From a virus (lineage: Duplodnaviria > Caudoviricetes): DNA of 24,294 nt. Shown piece after piece: positions 23,208-24,294 of this stretch; position 1 is the stretch's first letter, and every line of letters starts with the position of its first letter. The translations under genes and the position numbers were made by a program. A model generated the notes under the pieces. The model was not told the origin of the DNA and ran no database searches. It worked only from the letters and a program-made list of their open reading frames with translations. The stretch is from IMG/VR virus record IMGVR_UViG_3300023214_000163, positions 1 through 24,294 of that record. One strand, written 5' to 3'.

Positions 23208-24294
23208 TGATTCCTTTCCCTTCTTCGAGTCTTTGGTGGCAAAGTTCTTCCAGTCTATCACATCTCCAGCCGTCACGCCGGGCCGCGTGGAGAAGCATCT
23301 CCGGGTCGATCTGGTGCCATCTCTTGCGGCCCATGTCGGGCCTGGATTCCAGTTTCATTCCTTGGTCGTGTGATTCTTCGACAAGTCCCTTGAGCACATT
23401 GCTGATCGAGCGAGAGGTCAAGCCCTCGCCGACCACGGACTTCGCCATGTCTTTGCGGAAATACTCGAGGATCTCCGCCGACAGAACGAAGAGTTTACCG
23501 TTCTCGATCGTGATGCCCTGCCGTACGGCCTTGGAGTTGAGTAGTTTGATGATCGCCTCCACAACCAGCGGTCCCCGACCGGACTGAGTGCGCATCGCAA
23601 ACATCATCTCACTGTTCTGACGACCCTCGACCAGTAGCCGGGGCTCGGGGTGCCCGAACTTCGCTCGGTGCTCGTAGAGGTACATGAAGTGCTTTGCGAC
23701 CTTGTACTCGCTGGGCCTGCCTCCGTCGCCCTGGATCCATCCCCCGGTGAATCGCACCCCTCCCTTCGCGCGGAGCCAGTGGGCGGCACCGTCCCCGACA
23801 TCGAAAAGCAGCAGCCGGATCTGGAGCGCTTCCCGGTCCTCGGGGCTCAGGTCCCTGCCTGCAGTCAGGAACCCGACAACATCCATGTTGTTCGCCGCGA
23901 AGATCACCCTCGCCGGGTTCTTCGCCCTGATGGGCGCGTGGAACTTTCTGAACGCATTGATCCCGTCACCCCCGACGAGTTCGCGGAATGTGTCTGCGGG
24001 GTGTTTGGACCTGCCGGAAGGCCACCCTTCGTTGACCAGCAGGAACGGACTCTCCAGCAGTCCGTACTGGTAGTCCGACACGATGTCCTGCGGCCCGGCG
24101 AGCGAGGGGTACTCGAGGCATTCCGCGAGGCCCTGCGCAAACATCTTCTTCCCTGTTCCTGGGTCTCCTTTGATGGAGATGGCGCATATCGGCCCGTCCT
24201 CGAAGGCGAGGGAGTAGGCGATCCACTTGCAGGCAAGATCGAAGCCCTCCCCGAAGAGTTGCATGAGCCACTCCTCGACTTCCGGGCTGTATTG
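23200..24294 (-). CDS. Primase-associated SF3/D5-like (DUF5906-type) helicase domain, 5' truncated
   Basis: Walker A GDPGTGKK, Walker B LLVNE and motif C VIFAANN. The frame is open to the window edge. Confidence 0.8.
   Translation of the reverse strand, partial: QYSPEVEEWLMQLFGEGFDLACKWIAYSLAFEDGPICAISIKGDPGTGKKMFAQGLAECLEYPSLAGPQDIVSDYQYGLLESPFLLVNEGWPSGRSKHPADTFRELVGGDGINAFRKFHAPIRAKNPARVIFAANNMDVVGFLTAGRDLSPEDREALQIRLLLFDVGDGAAHWLRAKGGVRFTGGWIQGDGGRPSEYKVAKHFMYLYEHRAKFGHPEPRLLVEGRQNSEMMFAMRTQSGRGPLVVEAIIKLLNSKAVRQGITIENGKLFVLSAEILEYFRKDMAKSVVGEGLTSRSISNVLKGLVEESHDQGMKLESRPDMGRKRWHQIDPEMLLHAARRDGWRCDRLEELCHQRLEEGKGIIG

Larger units (their letters stand above)
1..24294. mobile_element. Tailed phage (Caudoviricetes, siphovirus-like) genome segment
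   Basis: The window is filled by head, tail and phage replication genes. No host genes, integrase or att site are visible. Confidence 0.95.

Noticed and set aside
1-24294. Stop-codon reassignment or an alternative genetic code
   Set aside because: Genes are intact and densely packed under code 11, TAA, TAG and TGA all occur as plausible stops, and the tRNA is not a suppressor.

Overview
This window is a 24.3 kb, GC-rich segment of a tailed dsDNA phage or prophage. It is siphovirus-like: a long tape measure and tail tube gene are present, and no sheath gene lies in the window. The left part (minus strand) is a morphogenesis operon: XkdF-type prohead protease/scaffold, lambda-D-like decoration protein, lambda-E-like major capsid, head-tail genes, tail tube, a tail chaperone with a -1 frameshift site, and a 1544-aa tape measure. 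A three-gene plus-strand block (PBSX-type portal, wHTH protein, HK97 gp10-like protein) is transcribed divergently from the protease, and no terminase is adjacent. The right part (minus strand) is a replication/recombination operon: SF3 primase-helicase (partial), Cas4/AddB-like PD-(D/E)XK nuclease, SNF2-like helicase, probable SSB, family A DNA polymerase, a small basic protein, tRNA-Arg(TCT), a RuvC-like resolvase and a 394-aa orphan. The main oddities are a tRNA whose acceptor strand appears to double as the resolvase ribosome-binding site, strong in-frame internal starts in the nuclease and protease genes, Gln/Pro/Tyr low-complexity tracts in several proteins, and a divergent PolA O-helix. 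All assignments come from motif recognition and synteny by eye; no database searches were run.
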